DNA of 64,000 nucleotides from Myxococcota bacterium (GCA_965223705.1 OZ245015.1:1344001-1408000); one strand, 5' to 3'. Shown: positions 9,601-18,225, counted from the first letter of the stretch. Numbers and translations are program-made. The notes: generated by a model not told the origin, from the sequence alone.

Positions 9601-11512
9601 AGAACGCGCCGAGGCGGCGGCGGTTCTCCGCTTGTTCGCCCCCGGTCAGAAGAACGTCGAGTCGCTCGAGGGTCTCGCGAACGTCGTCATCCCGGCCGAG
9701 CCTCTGCTGAAGCCTCGCGCGCGTCCTCAGGGCGTCGCGATCTTCCGGCGACGAGGCGACCTGGCGCTCCACCCAGGGCAACGCTTCCTCGAATCGTTCA
9801 TGCGATTCGTGAATCCGGACCAGCTCGCCGACGAGGAACGCGAGCCGATCGCGATCCGTCGTGACGCGGGCCTCTCGCTCGAAAGCCTCGACGATGCTGT
9901 CTTCGTCACCTGTCGCTGCGGCGACGCGCTCGAGGCCGCGAAGGGCGGCGGGATGCGAGGGCTCGGCGTCGAGCGCCGTCTCGAAGGCCTCTCGCGCCCC
10001 CTCCGCTTCGTCAAAGTGCTCGAAGAGGAGTTCTCCGAGCGAGACCCGCGCATCGATACGGCGGGACTCGGGCCCCCGCTCGCACACGGTTTCGAGAATC
10101 TCGCGAAGCTTCGACCAGGCGCCTTGGGCTCGGTAGTTCGATTCGAGAAAAGCGGCGGACCCGCCACGGCTCGGATCGATCTCGAACGCTCGTTCGTAAT
10201 CCGGGCGCGCCGCTTCGGGTCGACCGAGATCGTCGCTCTTGAGGGTCGCGAGCCGCAGAACCAGGGCGAGTTCGTCCTCATCGTCGGGTTCGAGCTGCTT
10301 CTTCTGCTCTTCGAGAACGAGGACCAGCTCGTTGTAGCGGCCCGCTTCTTCGAGTGCGTCGGCCAACGAGCTCCGGAGCTCGCGATTGCCCGGAGCGAGC
10401 CGCACGGCTTCTTGGAGCTGCTCTACGGCGGCGCCGGGATCGTCGCCCAGGAGCTCCGCCAGGCGCGCGCGATCGTCCGCCGGCAGAGCCTCGTCGCCCA
10501 GAGCGGCCGCGCGCTCGAGATAGCCGCGCTCGCGTTCTTCGTGCCCGGCGAGAGACTCGATGCTGGCCAACCGGAGGTAGACCTTCGGGTCGTCCGGGAG
10601 AAGCTCCCGCATTCGTTCGAACCACAGCCGTGCACCCTGCGGGTTGCGGAGCCGGGTGAGCTGCAGCTCGCCGGCTTCGCCCGCGATCGCCGCCCGCCGT
10701 TCGTTCGTCGGAGCGAGGAAGTAGCGGCGTTCGAACAAATCTCCTGCGAGTTCCCAATTCTCCTGGTCGATGGCGAGATAACAGAGGGCCTCGAGCGCGC
10801 TGTCGCAGCGCGCATCGTCGCTGAGCGCCCTCCGGAGGAGCTCTTCGGCTTGGTCGCTGTCGTCGAGCGGGCCGAGATACAGCCGCGCCAAGCCGCTCAA
10901 CGCTTCCGCGCGCTGCGTGCCCTGAAGGTTCTCGATCGCTTCGCGTCGGAGCGACGCGGCTTCCTCGAACCGCGAAAGTTCTTCCTGGACATCGGCGAGG
11001 CCGAGCTGGGCGCCGGCACAACGGGGGTCTGCTTCGAGGGCGCTTTCGTAGAGGGCGCGGGCCTTCTCGGGTTCCTCCAAGCGGTCCCGCCACAGATCTC
11101 CCATCTCGACGCAGAACACCGCTCGCTCGAACGGTGCCATCTCCGTTTGCTCTTCCAACTCAGCGACTTGGAGCGCGAGATCCCACGCGCCGCGCGAACT
11201 GTGGATCCGACGCAGCTGAGCCAGGGCAGGGCGGAATCCGGGGTCGAGGCGCACGACTTCCTCGTACACCGCGAGCGCGCGGTCGAGATCGTCGCATCGC
11301 TCTTCGAGAATCTGTCCCATGCGGAAGCGGAGCTTGCGGGTCCCCGCCGCGTCTTCGCGAAGGTCGTCGGCCGTGAGTCGGACCTCGTAGAGCGCGATCA
11401 GCTCGTGCCAATCCGCGTCGAGGAAGAGCCGCTCCTCCAGCGCCTCGAACGTGATGCGGTCGTTGGGATCGGCGCGGAAACGCTCGGCGGGCCCGTTCGG
11501 CTTTTCGGTCAC
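3656..11512 (-). CDS. Giant (~2,618 aa) tetratricopeptide-repeat protein, resembling myxobacterial AgmK/GltI-like TPR scaffolds
   Basis: Continuous TPR-like repeats (e.g. A..YE.AL..DP....AL..L). Likely GTG start at 11512 with GAGGGG upstream; the longer ORF start overlaps ntrY. Confidence 0.85.
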   Translation of the reverse strand: MTEKPNGPAERFRADPNDRITFEALEERLFLDADWHELIALYEVRLTADDLREDAAGTRKLRFRMGQILEERCDDLDRALAVYEEVVRLDPGFRPALAQLRRIHSSRGAWDLALQVAELEEQTEMAPFERAVFCVEMGDLWRDRLEEPEKARALYESALEADPRCAGAQLGLADVQEELSRFEEAASLRREAIENLQGTQRAEALSGLARLYLGPLDDSDQAEELLRRALSDDARCDSALEALCYLAIDQENWELAGDLFERRYFLAPTNERRAAIAGEAGELQLTRLRNPQGARLWFERMRELLPDDPKVYLRLASIESLAGHEERERGYLERAAALGDEALPADDRARLAELLGDDPGAAVEQLQEAVRLAPGNRELRSSLADALEEAGRYNELVLVLEEQKKQLEPDDEDELALVLRLATLKSDDLGRPEAARPDYERAFEIDPSRGGSAAFLESNYRAQGAWSKLREILETVCERGPESRRIDARVSLGELLFEHFDEAEGAREAFETALDAEPSHPAALRGLERVAAATGDEDSIVEAFEREARVTTDRDRLAFLVGELVRIHESHERFEEALPWVERQVASSPEDRDALRTRARLQQRLGRDDDVRETLERLDVLLTGGEQAENRRRLGAFYRDAGEDDRAIVAYQGALSADPEDKAALAELLHLLTGAERWEELADVRRELAEHLDGDARRSCLLELAELLQTRLDQGEVAITVLSALAEEWPSDDDIETRLDALLEEHAHFEELLERLASRRATRPDDDPTGRELDRRRAELLLDELRRPADAATLLHALHDADPDDAHLTETLERALRAAGDSPGLCAVLEKRAAEADDPEAAARLEFERAAILEDTLGELDQARAIYEDVASGTTELVRQAEAQIDRLLEQTGDWQTLRERLEERILGASSDAAGHDRLADLCRDRLNDREAAKEHLERAVDIDPSEPRRWQALARLFEEDSNFEKVLGCIEGELEHVGDDRQRELVLRSRAAELCLREMQDPTRAAAHYRRILVLDPTDAAAAEFLVEQLEENREHGALAALLTERLERLTADAAAGGGEAEASLRLRIAALRAGPLDDPEGAIAVLEPVASSSAQLGLVAEPLADLYHRTDRLDALAQLASRAAEQAGHPSERANWLLRLGDTKRAEGDDTGAAEAYRDVLSIRPDDHGAQSALRDIYRRLGEPEPLAHLLEAELSQIGGPDEIPVRLELAALLEGALARPEDALVHIQRVLQLENHHPVALDRALALCRHLDRREERLAFLERSLSLTRSPSQRAHRLSERGELLMELERFDEAVACYEQALEIDPSDLSKNHALRSALECVGDYEGVLRCVAREAAALPLEERARHYEEAAGIAEEHLTDVETLAWLERLRAARPEDALVLSRIAAVHERANRPEAVLRAHEAELALSPSDERRCELQVARAEIYESALNAPGRAIGALEAARQTDPRGREVLRRLARLYEVTGRTDARADALEALLEEADPGERAGLRKDLASLCSGALSNPERAINHLWAALTEHQGSQVERIEILSHLGSVFRAVRRTDLWARVAEEELRSLHPEEPVFAERRNGLHRDLARSYARELGRLDAAVPHWRALVAADELEDGTPGEAIVEEAELELLSALRALRSHVELERRLALRLERHPAEPALWLELGRLRAEQLHRPAAAAEAFRKVLEHDPESLPAIRGLRAVVQRLGQWEEAAATLQMEIDLPHERGPNQLAALFRRQGDICWHHLDSTTRASRAFAAALEADPSDLRALRSLQKLFETMEDWRGLYDLFESEIEILGDNEPNRRQEIWLHAGALCRDRLDDGQRALRAYEAASAVAALPCDELRAFAELYHDAGRYDRFCQVFESWCDAPDSEPDAEDHLRLARVFEEQSDLESARRHAERATECSPSLVAAWDALATLRERLGDVPGAAMALENGAARLTGAEAARRNHHAAELVREHEPERAFTLFEKSLANDPARSVGHAALAEVSSHLGRDRRAMEHAERALSLVGPDDDFPEADRLETALIGGRAARRVGELDAAARLFRTALEHHADHAEALATRGEILVELGDHAEAGRALRRRLELDEEDPERATHLALLGGCLEATDAPEQALRCFREALEIEPGLDGAFAGTVRLLEATEDFEAAIATLREWADRTADPSERSSRLFHAGELELDRLEREEPGESLLREAVAADPSQGGAWVRLAQLLWEQQRSDDALDVATQGLDATGDALGRADLAWVRGCALEQQGERGAAADAFRVTMEADPARAPAALQAAKLLRALGEWRSAAQALTHFYENFPGEDRRALAPVLNHLGRLLAGPLEDLDRAIEMYREALACDPSLDSARASLAELLAHRPDEWEEALERHAELLNQNPARVASLRAVVGMARRRGLEGSVGTGLAILGALGAATPEEIEEAPRNWLPEVEPAVLEDSVWEAVRRAAREASEELGQALGTGSPDFDHSKDTSPRLRFRAAVTSAEAELSAPALVPLPVSELSAALVLLRQLAFEEESVTGDGHLVNELSAHLGRRARKRIRRVLEDVDGNHVAEIDYTAWRAELRGLAGTLALRESRVSLRDALSALLLRDEDQPERTLPPEADFEALVAGSPEALAMLRQLVRRWIAGL

Positions 11513-11550
11513 AGATTTCCCCTCGGGGCGACGTCTTGTTCCCCCTTGAG

Positions 11551-11578
11551 AAATCGGCAGCTCGCCGTCCACTCTTGA
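11551..11578 (-). promoter_or_regulatory. sigma28(FliA)-like promoter of the TPR-PilZ operon
   Basis: TCAAG-N15-GCCGATTT on the minus strand, about 40 nt before the GTG start. Confidence 0.6.
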
Positions 11579-11687
11579 ACTGAATGCGCTTGCGGCTTGC
11601 GAAGCGTTGATGAATGGTTTCGGGGACTTACACGCGCGCTTGCCCGGGTCGACGATTCCCGTCCCGAGCGGGGGAAAACCCGTAGGT

Positions 11688-13940
11688 TTGACCGACAAGA
11701 AGACCGATCCCGCAGCGCTTTCGAGAGCCGAAGCCCGCCGGCGCCGCCGCGAGCTCTTTATGGCCGCGGCGCTCATCTTGGCGATCGCGACGCTGTTCGT
11801 CGTCGGCCGTCACGCGTCGGGCTTCTCCGAGGAACTCGCGTTCGGGGACAACCTCCTGTTCCTGTTCCTGAACGCGCTGAACGTCATCCTCGTCGTTCTG
11901 CTCGTCTACTTGATCGCGCGCAACTTTGTGAAGCTCGTGTTCGAGCGGCGCAAGGGAATTCTCGGATCGCACCTTAACCTCAAGTTTGTACTTGCTTTTT
12001 TCGTCGTCGCGACCATTCCGACGGCCGTCGTGTTCCTGGCGAGTTACTACCTCGTCACGGCCTCCATCGAGACCTGGTTCGGTCTCCAGGTCGATCGCGC
12101 ACTCGAGCGGAGCCGCGAGGTGGCCGACGCCTACTACGACGCGTACTCCGTCAACGCGCTCCACTACGGCGAGCAGATCGCGGCACAGATCCGTGCGGGG
12201 CGACTCCTGCGCGAAGGGCGCCAAGAAGTCCTCGCGGGCTTCGTCCAGGCGAAGCAGCGCGAGTACAACCTCGGGGTCGTCCAGATCTTCCCGTACGCGG
12301 AAGCCGAGCCGTTGGCCACGTTCGTCAATCCCGAGATTCCCGACGCCGCGTTTCTCCAACGCGAGAGTCCCATCGTGCGTTCGGCGCTCGAGGGCAGCGC
12401 GGGAACGGTCGTCGACGCGACGGGCACCGACGTGGGGGATGTCATTCGCGGGGCCGTCCCGATTTTTTCGTCGGACACCTCTCGCCCCGACGAGATCGTG
12501 GGCGCGGTGGTGGTCAACTACCTGGTCCCCCACGCGCTGGCCTACAAGGTGGAGGAGATCCGCGAAACCGTTGGGCAGTACCGAGAAGTGCAGCCCTACG
12601 CCGGCCACATCGCGTGGGTCTACCAGCTCGAGCTGTTGCTTTTCTCCCTGGTGATTCTGCTGTTCGCGATTTGGTGGGGCTTTCGGATGGCGCGCGGCGT
12701 GACGGGGCCGATCTCCGCACTCGCCGCCGGCACGGAAGAGGTCGCGCGGGGGAATCTCGATGTCGTGGTCGAAAAGACCTCAGACGACGAAGTGGGGCTC
12801 CTGGTGCGGTCGTTCAATCAGATGACCGGCGACTTGCGCGACGCCCTCGAGGGCCTCGAGCGTACGAACACCGAGCTCGAGCAACGCCGCCGCTACATGG
12901 AAATCGTGCTTCGGAATATCGGGGCCGGCGTGGTGTCGATCGATGCCGAGCGGCGCATCAGCACCATCAACCCGTTCGCACAGCGCCTGTTGGGGATCCC
13001 CGCCGGCGAAGGCGTCGTGGGTCGCAAGGTCGAAGATGTCCTCATCGAGCCCGACATGCTCGAGGTGGTCCAGAACTTGGCGCTCGAGACCCGCGCCGGC
13101 CTGCGCGAGAGCGCGCGCCAGCAGCTGCTGCTGCCCCGCGGAGAGGCCGTCTTGACGGTGCTTGTCACGTACACCGTTCTCCACGAAGACGGTCGCCCGA
13201 TCGGCGCGGTGGTCGTGCTCGACGACTACACGCAGGAAGTCCGCGCTCAGCGCATGGCCGCCTGGCGGGAGGTCGCGCGGCGGATCGCGCACGAGATCAA
13301 GAACCCGCTCACGCCGATCCAACTCTCAGCCCAGCGCTTGCGCAGGCGTTTCGCCGATCGGGTGAGCGGCGACCGTGAAGACGAGCGGGTCTTCGACGAA
13401 TGCGTCACGACCATTACGAGCCAGGTCGACAGCTTGAAGCTCTTGGTGAACGAGTTCTCGAACTTCGCCCGGCTGCCCACCGCGAAGCCGCGTCCCGGCG
13501 ACCTCAACGAACTCGTGCGCGAAGCGGCGGCGAGCTACGTCGACAGCGACGGTGTGAACTTCGAGCTCGATCTCGACGGCGACCTCCCCAGCGTCGATTT
13601 CGATCGGGAGCAGCTCGGGCGGGTGCTGACGAATTTGATCGAGAACGCAACGGCCGCCGTGCGGGAGGCCCCGGGGCAAGGGCTGATCTCGATCCGAACG
13701 CGCTACGACGCGCCGCTCCAGACGGTTCGCCTCGAAGTCGCCGACGACGGGCTCGGCATCAGCCCCGAAGACCGCGCGCGCATTTTCGAGCCCTATTACT
13801 CGACGAAGAGCCACGGGACGGGGCTCGGGTTGGCGATCGTCTCGCGCATCGTGGCTGATCACCACGGCTATATCCGTGTCCACGAGAACCAACCGCAGGG
13901 CGCGCGGTTCATCGTGGAGCTGCCTGTGAAGGTGACCTAG
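11688..13940 (+). CDS. ntrY: NtrY-like membrane sensor histidine kinase (HAMP, PAS, HisKA, HATPase)
   Basis: N-terminal TM helices, HAMP domain, AWREVARRIAHEIKNPLTPIQLSA, GTGLGL. Start uncertain (TTG 11688 or upstream 11607/11610). Confidence 0.85.
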   Translation: MTDKKTDPAALSRAEARRRRRELFMAAALILAIATLFVVGRHASGFSEELAFGDNLLFLFLNALNVILVVLLVYLIARNFVKLVFERRKGILGSHLNLKFVLAFFVVATIPTAVVFLASYYLVTASIETWFGLQVDRALERSREVADAYYDAYSVNALHYGEQIAAQIRAGRLLREGRQEVLAGFVQAKQREYNLGVVQIFPYAEAEPLATFVNPEIPDAAFLQRESPIVRSALEGSAGTVVDATGTDVGDVIRGAVPIFSSDTSRPDEIVGAVVVNYLVPHALAYKVEEIRETVGQYREVQPYAGHIAWVYQLELLLFSLVILLFAIWWGFRMARGVTGPISALAAGTEEVARGNLDVVVEKTSDDEVGLLVRSFNQMTGDLRDALEGLERTNTELEQRRRYMEIVLRNIGAGVVSIDAERRISTINPFAQRLLGIPAGEGVVGRKVEDVLIEPDMLEVVQNLALETRAGLRESARQQLLLPRGEAVLTVLVTYTVLHEDGRPIGAVVVLDDYTQEVRAQRMAAWREVARRIAHEIKNPLTPIQLSAQRLRRRFADRVSGDREDERVFDECVTTITSQVDSLKLLVNEFSNFARLPTAKPRPGDLNELVREAAASYVDSDGVNFELDLDGDLPSVDFDREQLGRVLTNLIENATAAVREAPGQGLISIRTRYDAPLQTVRLEVADDGLGISPEDRARIFEPYYSTKSHGTGLGLAIVSRIVADHHGYIRVHENQPQGARFIVELPVKVT

Positions 13941-15298
13941 TGGCGGAAATTCTGATCGTCGACGACGAAGAGGACATCCGTCGCTCCCTGGCCGGAATCC
14001 TCGAGGACGAGGGCTTCGCGACGCGGGTCGCCCACGACGGTGACACGGCTCTCGACGAGGTGCGGAAGGAGGCGCCCGACGGGGTGCTCCTCGATATCGC
14101 CATGCCCGGACGGGACGGACTCGCGATCCTCGAGGAGCTCAGGCACACGTGGCCCGAGCTCCCCGTCGTGATGATGAGCGGGCACGGCACCATCGAAACC
14201 GCCGTCCGCGCGACCCAGCTCGGCGCTTTCGACTTCATCGAGAAGCCGCTCTCCGTCGATAAAATCCTGCTTACGATTCGCCACGCACTCGAGCAATCGC
14301 GGCTGGTCTCGGAGAACCGGAGGCTCCAGGCCGCAGCGATCCGGGCCCACGACATCCTCGGCGAGTCCGAACCGGTGAGGCGGCTGCAGGAGCAGATCCG
14401 CCAGGCCGCCCCGACCAACGGCTGGGCGCTCATCACGGGAGAAAACGGGACTGGTAAGGAGCTGGTCGCGCGCCAGATCCACGTCCATAGCCGGCGTGCG
14501 AGCGGACCTTTCGTCGAAGTGAACTGCGCCGCAATCCCCGAGGAGCTGATCGAATCCGAGTTGTTCGGTCACGAAAAGGGCGCGTTTACCGGCGCGATCG
14601 CGCAAAAGCGGGGCAAGTTCGAGCTCGCCGATCGCGGCACGATCTTCCTCGACGAGATCGCGGACATGAGCCTCCGGACCCAGGCGAAGATCCTCCGCAT
14701 CCTGCAGGAGCACAAGTTCGAACGCGTCGGCGGGACCGAGACGATCACGGTCGACGTGCGGGTGATTGCCGCGACAAACAAAGGCCTCGAACAGGAGATA
14801 CAAGACGGCAACTTCCGCGAAGATCTCTACTACCGACTGAACGTGATTCCGTTTCACGTGCCGCCCCTGCGCGAGCGTCGGGGCGACATCCCGATCCTCG
14901 TCCGGGCCTTCGCCGCGGAGTTCTGCGCCGAATCGGGCACGCCCACGAAAGAGGTCGCGCCACGCGCGATGCAGACGCTGCAGGGCTACGCCTGGCCCGG
15001 AAACGTGCGCGAGCTGCGGAATCTGATGGAGCGCTTGGTGCTGATGACGCCGGGGGCGCGCATCACGGTGGGGGATCTACCCGAGGATCTCCGCGAGAGC
15101 GGACAGCGCGAAGACTACGCCGGTCAGTCCCTCGAGGAGGCGCGCAAAGCGTTCGAACGCCGCTTCTTGACCGAGCGATTGAACGAGAACGAGGGGAACA
15201 TCTCGCGCACCGCAGAAGCGGTGGGGATCGCGCGCGAGAGCCTCTCGAGAAAACTCCGCCAGTACGGCATCACCGGGCCTCGCGATCGTGCGTCCTGA
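13940..15298 (+). CDS. ntrX: NtrX-like sigma54-dependent response regulator (REC-AAA+-HTH)
   Basis: ILIVDDE, LLDI, GENGTGKE, ESELFGHEKGAFTGA, WPGNVREL and a C-terminal Fis-type HTH. Confidence 0.88.
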   Translation: MAEILIVDDEEDIRRSLAGILEDEGFATRVAHDGDTALDEVRKEAPDGVLLDIAMPGRDGLAILEELRHTWPELPVVMMSGHGTIETAVRATQLGAFDFIEKPLSVDKILLTIRHALEQSRLVSENRRLQAAAIRAHDILGESEPVRRLQEQIRQAAPTNGWALITGENGTGKELVARQIHVHSRRASGPFVEVNCAAIPEELIESELFGHEKGAFTGAIAQKRGKFELADRGTIFLDEIADMSLRTQAKILRILQEHKFERVGGTETITVDVRVIAATNKGLEQEIQDGNFREDLYYRLNVIPFHVPPLRERRGDIPILVRAFAAEFCAESGTPTKEVAPRAMQTLQGYAWPGNVRELRNLMERLVLMTPGARITVGDLPEDLRESGQREDYAGQSLEEARKAFERRFLTERLNENEGNISRTAEAVGIARESLSRKLRQYGITGPRDRAS

Positions 15299-15800
15299 TG
15301 CCTCGGTCCGCGTGCGACGCGCCGCGGACAGCGATCTGGCGGCGCTGGTCGCCATCGCAAAGCGGTGTTTCTCGGATCCCTGGAGCCTTGCGAGCTTCGC
15401 CGAGGAACTGCGGCTGCGCGATTCGGCCGTTTGGGTCGGGGAGGTCGGCGCGTCGTGCGCTGCCTACGCGTGTCTCCGGTTTATCTGCGGCGAGGCGCAC
15501 GTGTTGTCGCTCGGGGTCGCCCCGGAAGCGCGCCGCCGCGGCCTTGCGCGAAGACTGCTCTCGGCCGGGCTCGGCGATCGCGAGCGGCGACCGCTCGTCG
15601 CGGCCCATCTCGAAGTCCGCAGCGGGAACCGCGGCGCCCAGGCGTTCTACCGGTCGCTCGGCTTCGAGGTCGTCGGACGGCGACGCCGTTACTACACGGA
15701 CGGAGAGGACGCGCTGCTGATGACGCGCTTGCTTCGCCGGCCCGCGTCGCGTCGCGCCCCGGAAGTGGAACCCGATTCCGGCGTAAGGTCGGGCGCGTGA
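15288..15800 (+). CDS. rimI: Ribosomal protein S18 N-acetyltransferase (GNAT)
   Basis: FSDPWS, EAHVLSLGVAPEARRRGLA, LEVRSGN..AQAFY..LGF, RRRYYTDGEDA. Confidence 0.85.
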   Translation: MRPDASVRVRRAADSDLAALVAIAKRCFSDPWSLASFAEELRLRDSAVWVGEVGASCAAYACLRFICGEAHVLSLGVAPEARRRGLARRLLSAGLGDRERRPLVAAHLEVRSGNRGAQAFYRSLGFEVVGRRRRYYTDGEDALLMTRLLRRPASRRAPEVEPDSGVRSGA

Positions 15801-16606
15801 CCACGCCGCCGCGCTCCCTCGCTCGCGTGATCGAGAACGCCCCGGAAGGAGAGGCGGGCTGGCGACTGCGCCTGGCCCTCGACGAACCGTGGCCGGCCGC
15901 GACTCCCGGCCAGTTCGTGATGCTCTCGGCGGGCGCGCAAACCGACGTGTTGCGAGACGATCCGCTCTTGCCGCGACCCATGGCGATCTACCGCGTGGAC
16001 GGCGCCGCCTTCGATGTCCTCTACAAGGTCGTCGGTCGCGGGACCGGGCTCCTGGCACAGGCCCGCACCGGAGACCGGATCCGCGTCGTCGGACCCCTCG
16101 GACGAGGTTTTTCCGTGCCGACAGAACCCGGGCGGATGGTGCTCGTCGGAGGGGGAACCGGGATCGCGTCGCTCTACGACCTGGCGCGCACGGCTTCCGA
16201 CCTCCACGCGGTGAAGGTGCTCCTCGGAGCGCGCAGCGGCGGGGAGATTCTCGGGCGCGCCGATTTTGCGGCACTACCGCTTGAACTCGCCATCGCGACT
16301 GACGACGGAAGCGAGGGACATCAGGGTCTTGTGACCGAATTGCTAGAGCACGACTTGAAGGGTTCGGCCGATCCTCCGAGCGTGGTCTATGCGTGCGGTC
16401 CAACGCCGATGATGGAACGCGCAGCCGACGTGTGCCGGTCGGAGGGAGTCCGCTGCGAGGTGTCGCTCGAGAACCGCATGGCCTGCGGTATCGGGGTTTG
16501 TCTGGGATGCGCCGCGCCCCGCCGCGACGGGCAAGGCTTCCACCTCGTCTGTCGTGACGGGCCGGTGTTTGACGAAGCGCAGCTCGAGTGGTCGGGGCTT
16601 CCGTGA
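15797..16606 (+). CDS. pyrK: Dihydroorotate dehydrogenase electron transfer subunit
   Basis: PGQFVML, LPRPM, GPLGRGF, GGGTGIA, CGPTPMM, MACGIGVCLGC, C.DGPVF. GTG overlaps the rimI stop. Confidence 0.92.
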   Translation: MTTPPRSLARVIENAPEGEAGWRLRLALDEPWPAATPGQFVMLSAGAQTDVLRDDPLLPRPMAIYRVDGAAFDVLYKVVGRGTGLLAQARTGDRIRVVGPLGRGFSVPTEPGRMVLVGGGTGIASLYDLARTASDLHAVKVLLGARSGGEILGRADFAALPLELAIATDDGSEGHQGLVTELLEHDLKGSADPPSVVYACGPTPMMERAADVCRSEGVRCEVSLENRMACGIGVCLGCAAPRRDGQGFHLVCRDGPVFDEAQLEWSGLP

Positions 16607-17523
16607 AACCGGATCTACGGATCGAGTTTGCCGGACTCAGGCTCCGCAACCCGGTGCTCGCGGCTTCGGGCACCTTCGGTTACGGCCTCGAGATGGCTCC
16701 CCACACCGATCTCGAAAAGATCGGTGGCTTCGTCGCGAAGAGCCTCACCCTCGCGCCGCGCCACGGCAATCGACCCCCGCGGATTTCGGAAGTCTCGTCG
16801 GGGATGCTGAACTCGATCAGTCTCGAGAACGTCGGCGTCGACGCGTTCCTCGGGGAAAAGGTCCCGGCGCTGCCCCAAGGCGTGACGCTGATCGCGAGCG
16901 TGTTCGGGACCGAGGTCGCGCACTACGCGGAAGCGGCGTCGCGTCTGTCTTCGGAGCCCCGGGTTGCCGCCATCGAGATCAATGCCTCCTGTCCGCACGT
17001 CGCGAGCGGCGGCATCGAGTTCGGTCAGCGGGCGGAGATTCTCGCGGAGCTGGTCCGCGCGGTTCGCGTCGCCACGACCCGCCCGCTCCTCGTGAAACTC
17101 TCGCCGAACGTGACGGATATCGCCGCGATGGCGCGGGTGTGCGAGGGGGAAGGGGCGGACGGCATTTGTCTCATCAACGCTGTGCAGGCCATGGACGTCG
17201 ATGTCGCGACGCGGAGGCCCGTCCTGTGGAACGGTCTCGGCGGGCTCTCGGGGCCTGCGATTCGACCGATCGCGCTGCGGATGGTGTGGCAGTGCGCGCA
17301 GGCGGTGTCGATTCCCATCTGCGGCATCGGCGGGGTCAGCGGGGCGGAAGACGTCTTGAAGTTCCTGCTCTGCGGTGCGCGCGCCGTCCAGGTCGGGACG
17401 GCGAACTACATCGATCCCGCGATCACCGCGACGATCGTCGACGATCTCGCCGCCCACTGCACCCGGGAAGGCGTCGCTCGAATCGAAGAATACGTCGGGG
17501 CTCTCGCCGCGCCGCGTTGGTGA
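16603..17523 (+). CDS. pyrD: Dihydroorotate dehydrogenase (family 1B) catalytic subunit
   Basis: NPVLAASGTFGYG, EINASCPH, VKLSPNVTDI, GGLSGPAIRP. Confidence 0.94.
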   Translation: MKPDLRIEFAGLRLRNPVLAASGTFGYGLEMAPHTDLEKIGGFVAKSLTLAPRHGNRPPRISEVSSGMLNSISLENVGVDAFLGEKVPALPQGVTLIASVFGTEVAHYAEAASRLSSEPRVAAIEINASCPHVASGGIEFGQRAEILAELVRAVRVATTRPLLVKLSPNVTDIAAMARVCEGEGADGICLINAVQAMDVDVATRRPVLWNGLGGLSGPAIRPIALRMVWQCAQAVSIPICGIGGVSGAEDVLKFLLCGARAVQVGTANYIDPAITATIVDDLAAHCTREGVARIEEYVGALAAPRW

Positions 17524-17564
17524 TTTTTCGGGGCCCGGAGCCTCGCAGGGGCGGTGTGGCTTGG

Positions 17565-17593
17565 TTGCCAAGTCCAGGTGTCTTCGGTACTTT
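17565..17593 (+). promoter_or_regulatory. sigma70-type promoter of the rimP-nusA-infB operon
   Basis: TTGCCA-N17-TACTTT. Confidence 0.6.
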
Positions 17594-17616
17594 TTCCGCT
17601 TAAGCGGCGCCTGTAC

Positions 17617-17641
17617 AAGCGGACCGAGGTCCGCTTTTTTT
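17617..17641 (+). terminator. Intrinsic terminator in the rimP leader (attenuator)
   Basis: AAGCGGACC-GA-GGTCCGCTT inverted repeat ending in a T7 run, between the promoter and the rimP start. Confidence 0.8.
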
Positions 17642-17722
17642 ATGCCCGCGCGCGACTTGTGGGGTTTTGCGCAGCGCCTTGTCGGGCTCCCCATGAGGGC
17701 GACTTGGGCGGTAGATGAGCGG

Positions 17723-18214
17723 ATGTACCGAGACATACCCGAGGACTTGCGAGCTTTGATCGAGCCGTTGGCCTTAGAACACGGGCTGGAACTCGTCGAC
17801 GTGTTTGTGCCCAGCGGGCGGGGTCCCGGGCGCCTCTCGGTCGTCGTCGACACGCCGAGCGGCGACGGCCGCGTGCCGATCGAGCAATGCGCGGCGCTCT
17901 CTCGGGAGCTGTCGACTCAGCTCGATGCAGCCGACCAGTTCGACGGGCGCTACACGCTGGAAGTGACCTCGCCCGGTCTCGACCGCGTGCTCGCCCGCGA
18001 GAAGGATTTTCACCGCGCTTGCGGTTCCGACATCAAGATCGAAACCCGCACGCCCGTCGATGGGGCGCGCAGGTTTCGCGGCAAACTCCTAGCGTTTCAA
18101 GATGGCGAAGCGCGGCTTTCCGTCGATGGATGCGAGCGGGTCATTCCCTTTGAGGAAGTGGCCCGCGCCAAGAGCATCTACGAGTTCAGCCGCGAGGATT
18201 TCGCCAAGCCCTGA
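17723..18214 (+). CDS. rimP: Ribosome maturation factor RimP
   Basis: GLELVDV, C..LSRELS..LD..D, YTLEVTSPGLDR; lies upstream of nusA. Confidence 0.95.
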   Translation: MYRDIPEDLRALIEPLALEHGLELVDVFVPSGRGPGRLSVVVDTPSGDGRVPIEQCAALSRELSTQLDAADQFDGRYTLEVTSPGLDRVLAREKDFHRACGSDIKIETRTPVDGARRFRGKLLAFQDGEARLSVDGCERVIPFEEVARAKSIYEFSREDFAKP

Positions 18215-18225
18215 GGTGATCCAAC

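Noticed and set aside
4715..11578. Long plus-strand ORFs (707 aa, 712 aa and others) antisense to the giant TPR gene, and similar shadow ORFs opposite infB, pnp, nusA and nadB
   Set aside because: These are expected in GC-rich DNA with strong codon bias, where off-frame stops are scarce. They show no recognisable motifs and fully overlap well-supported genes.
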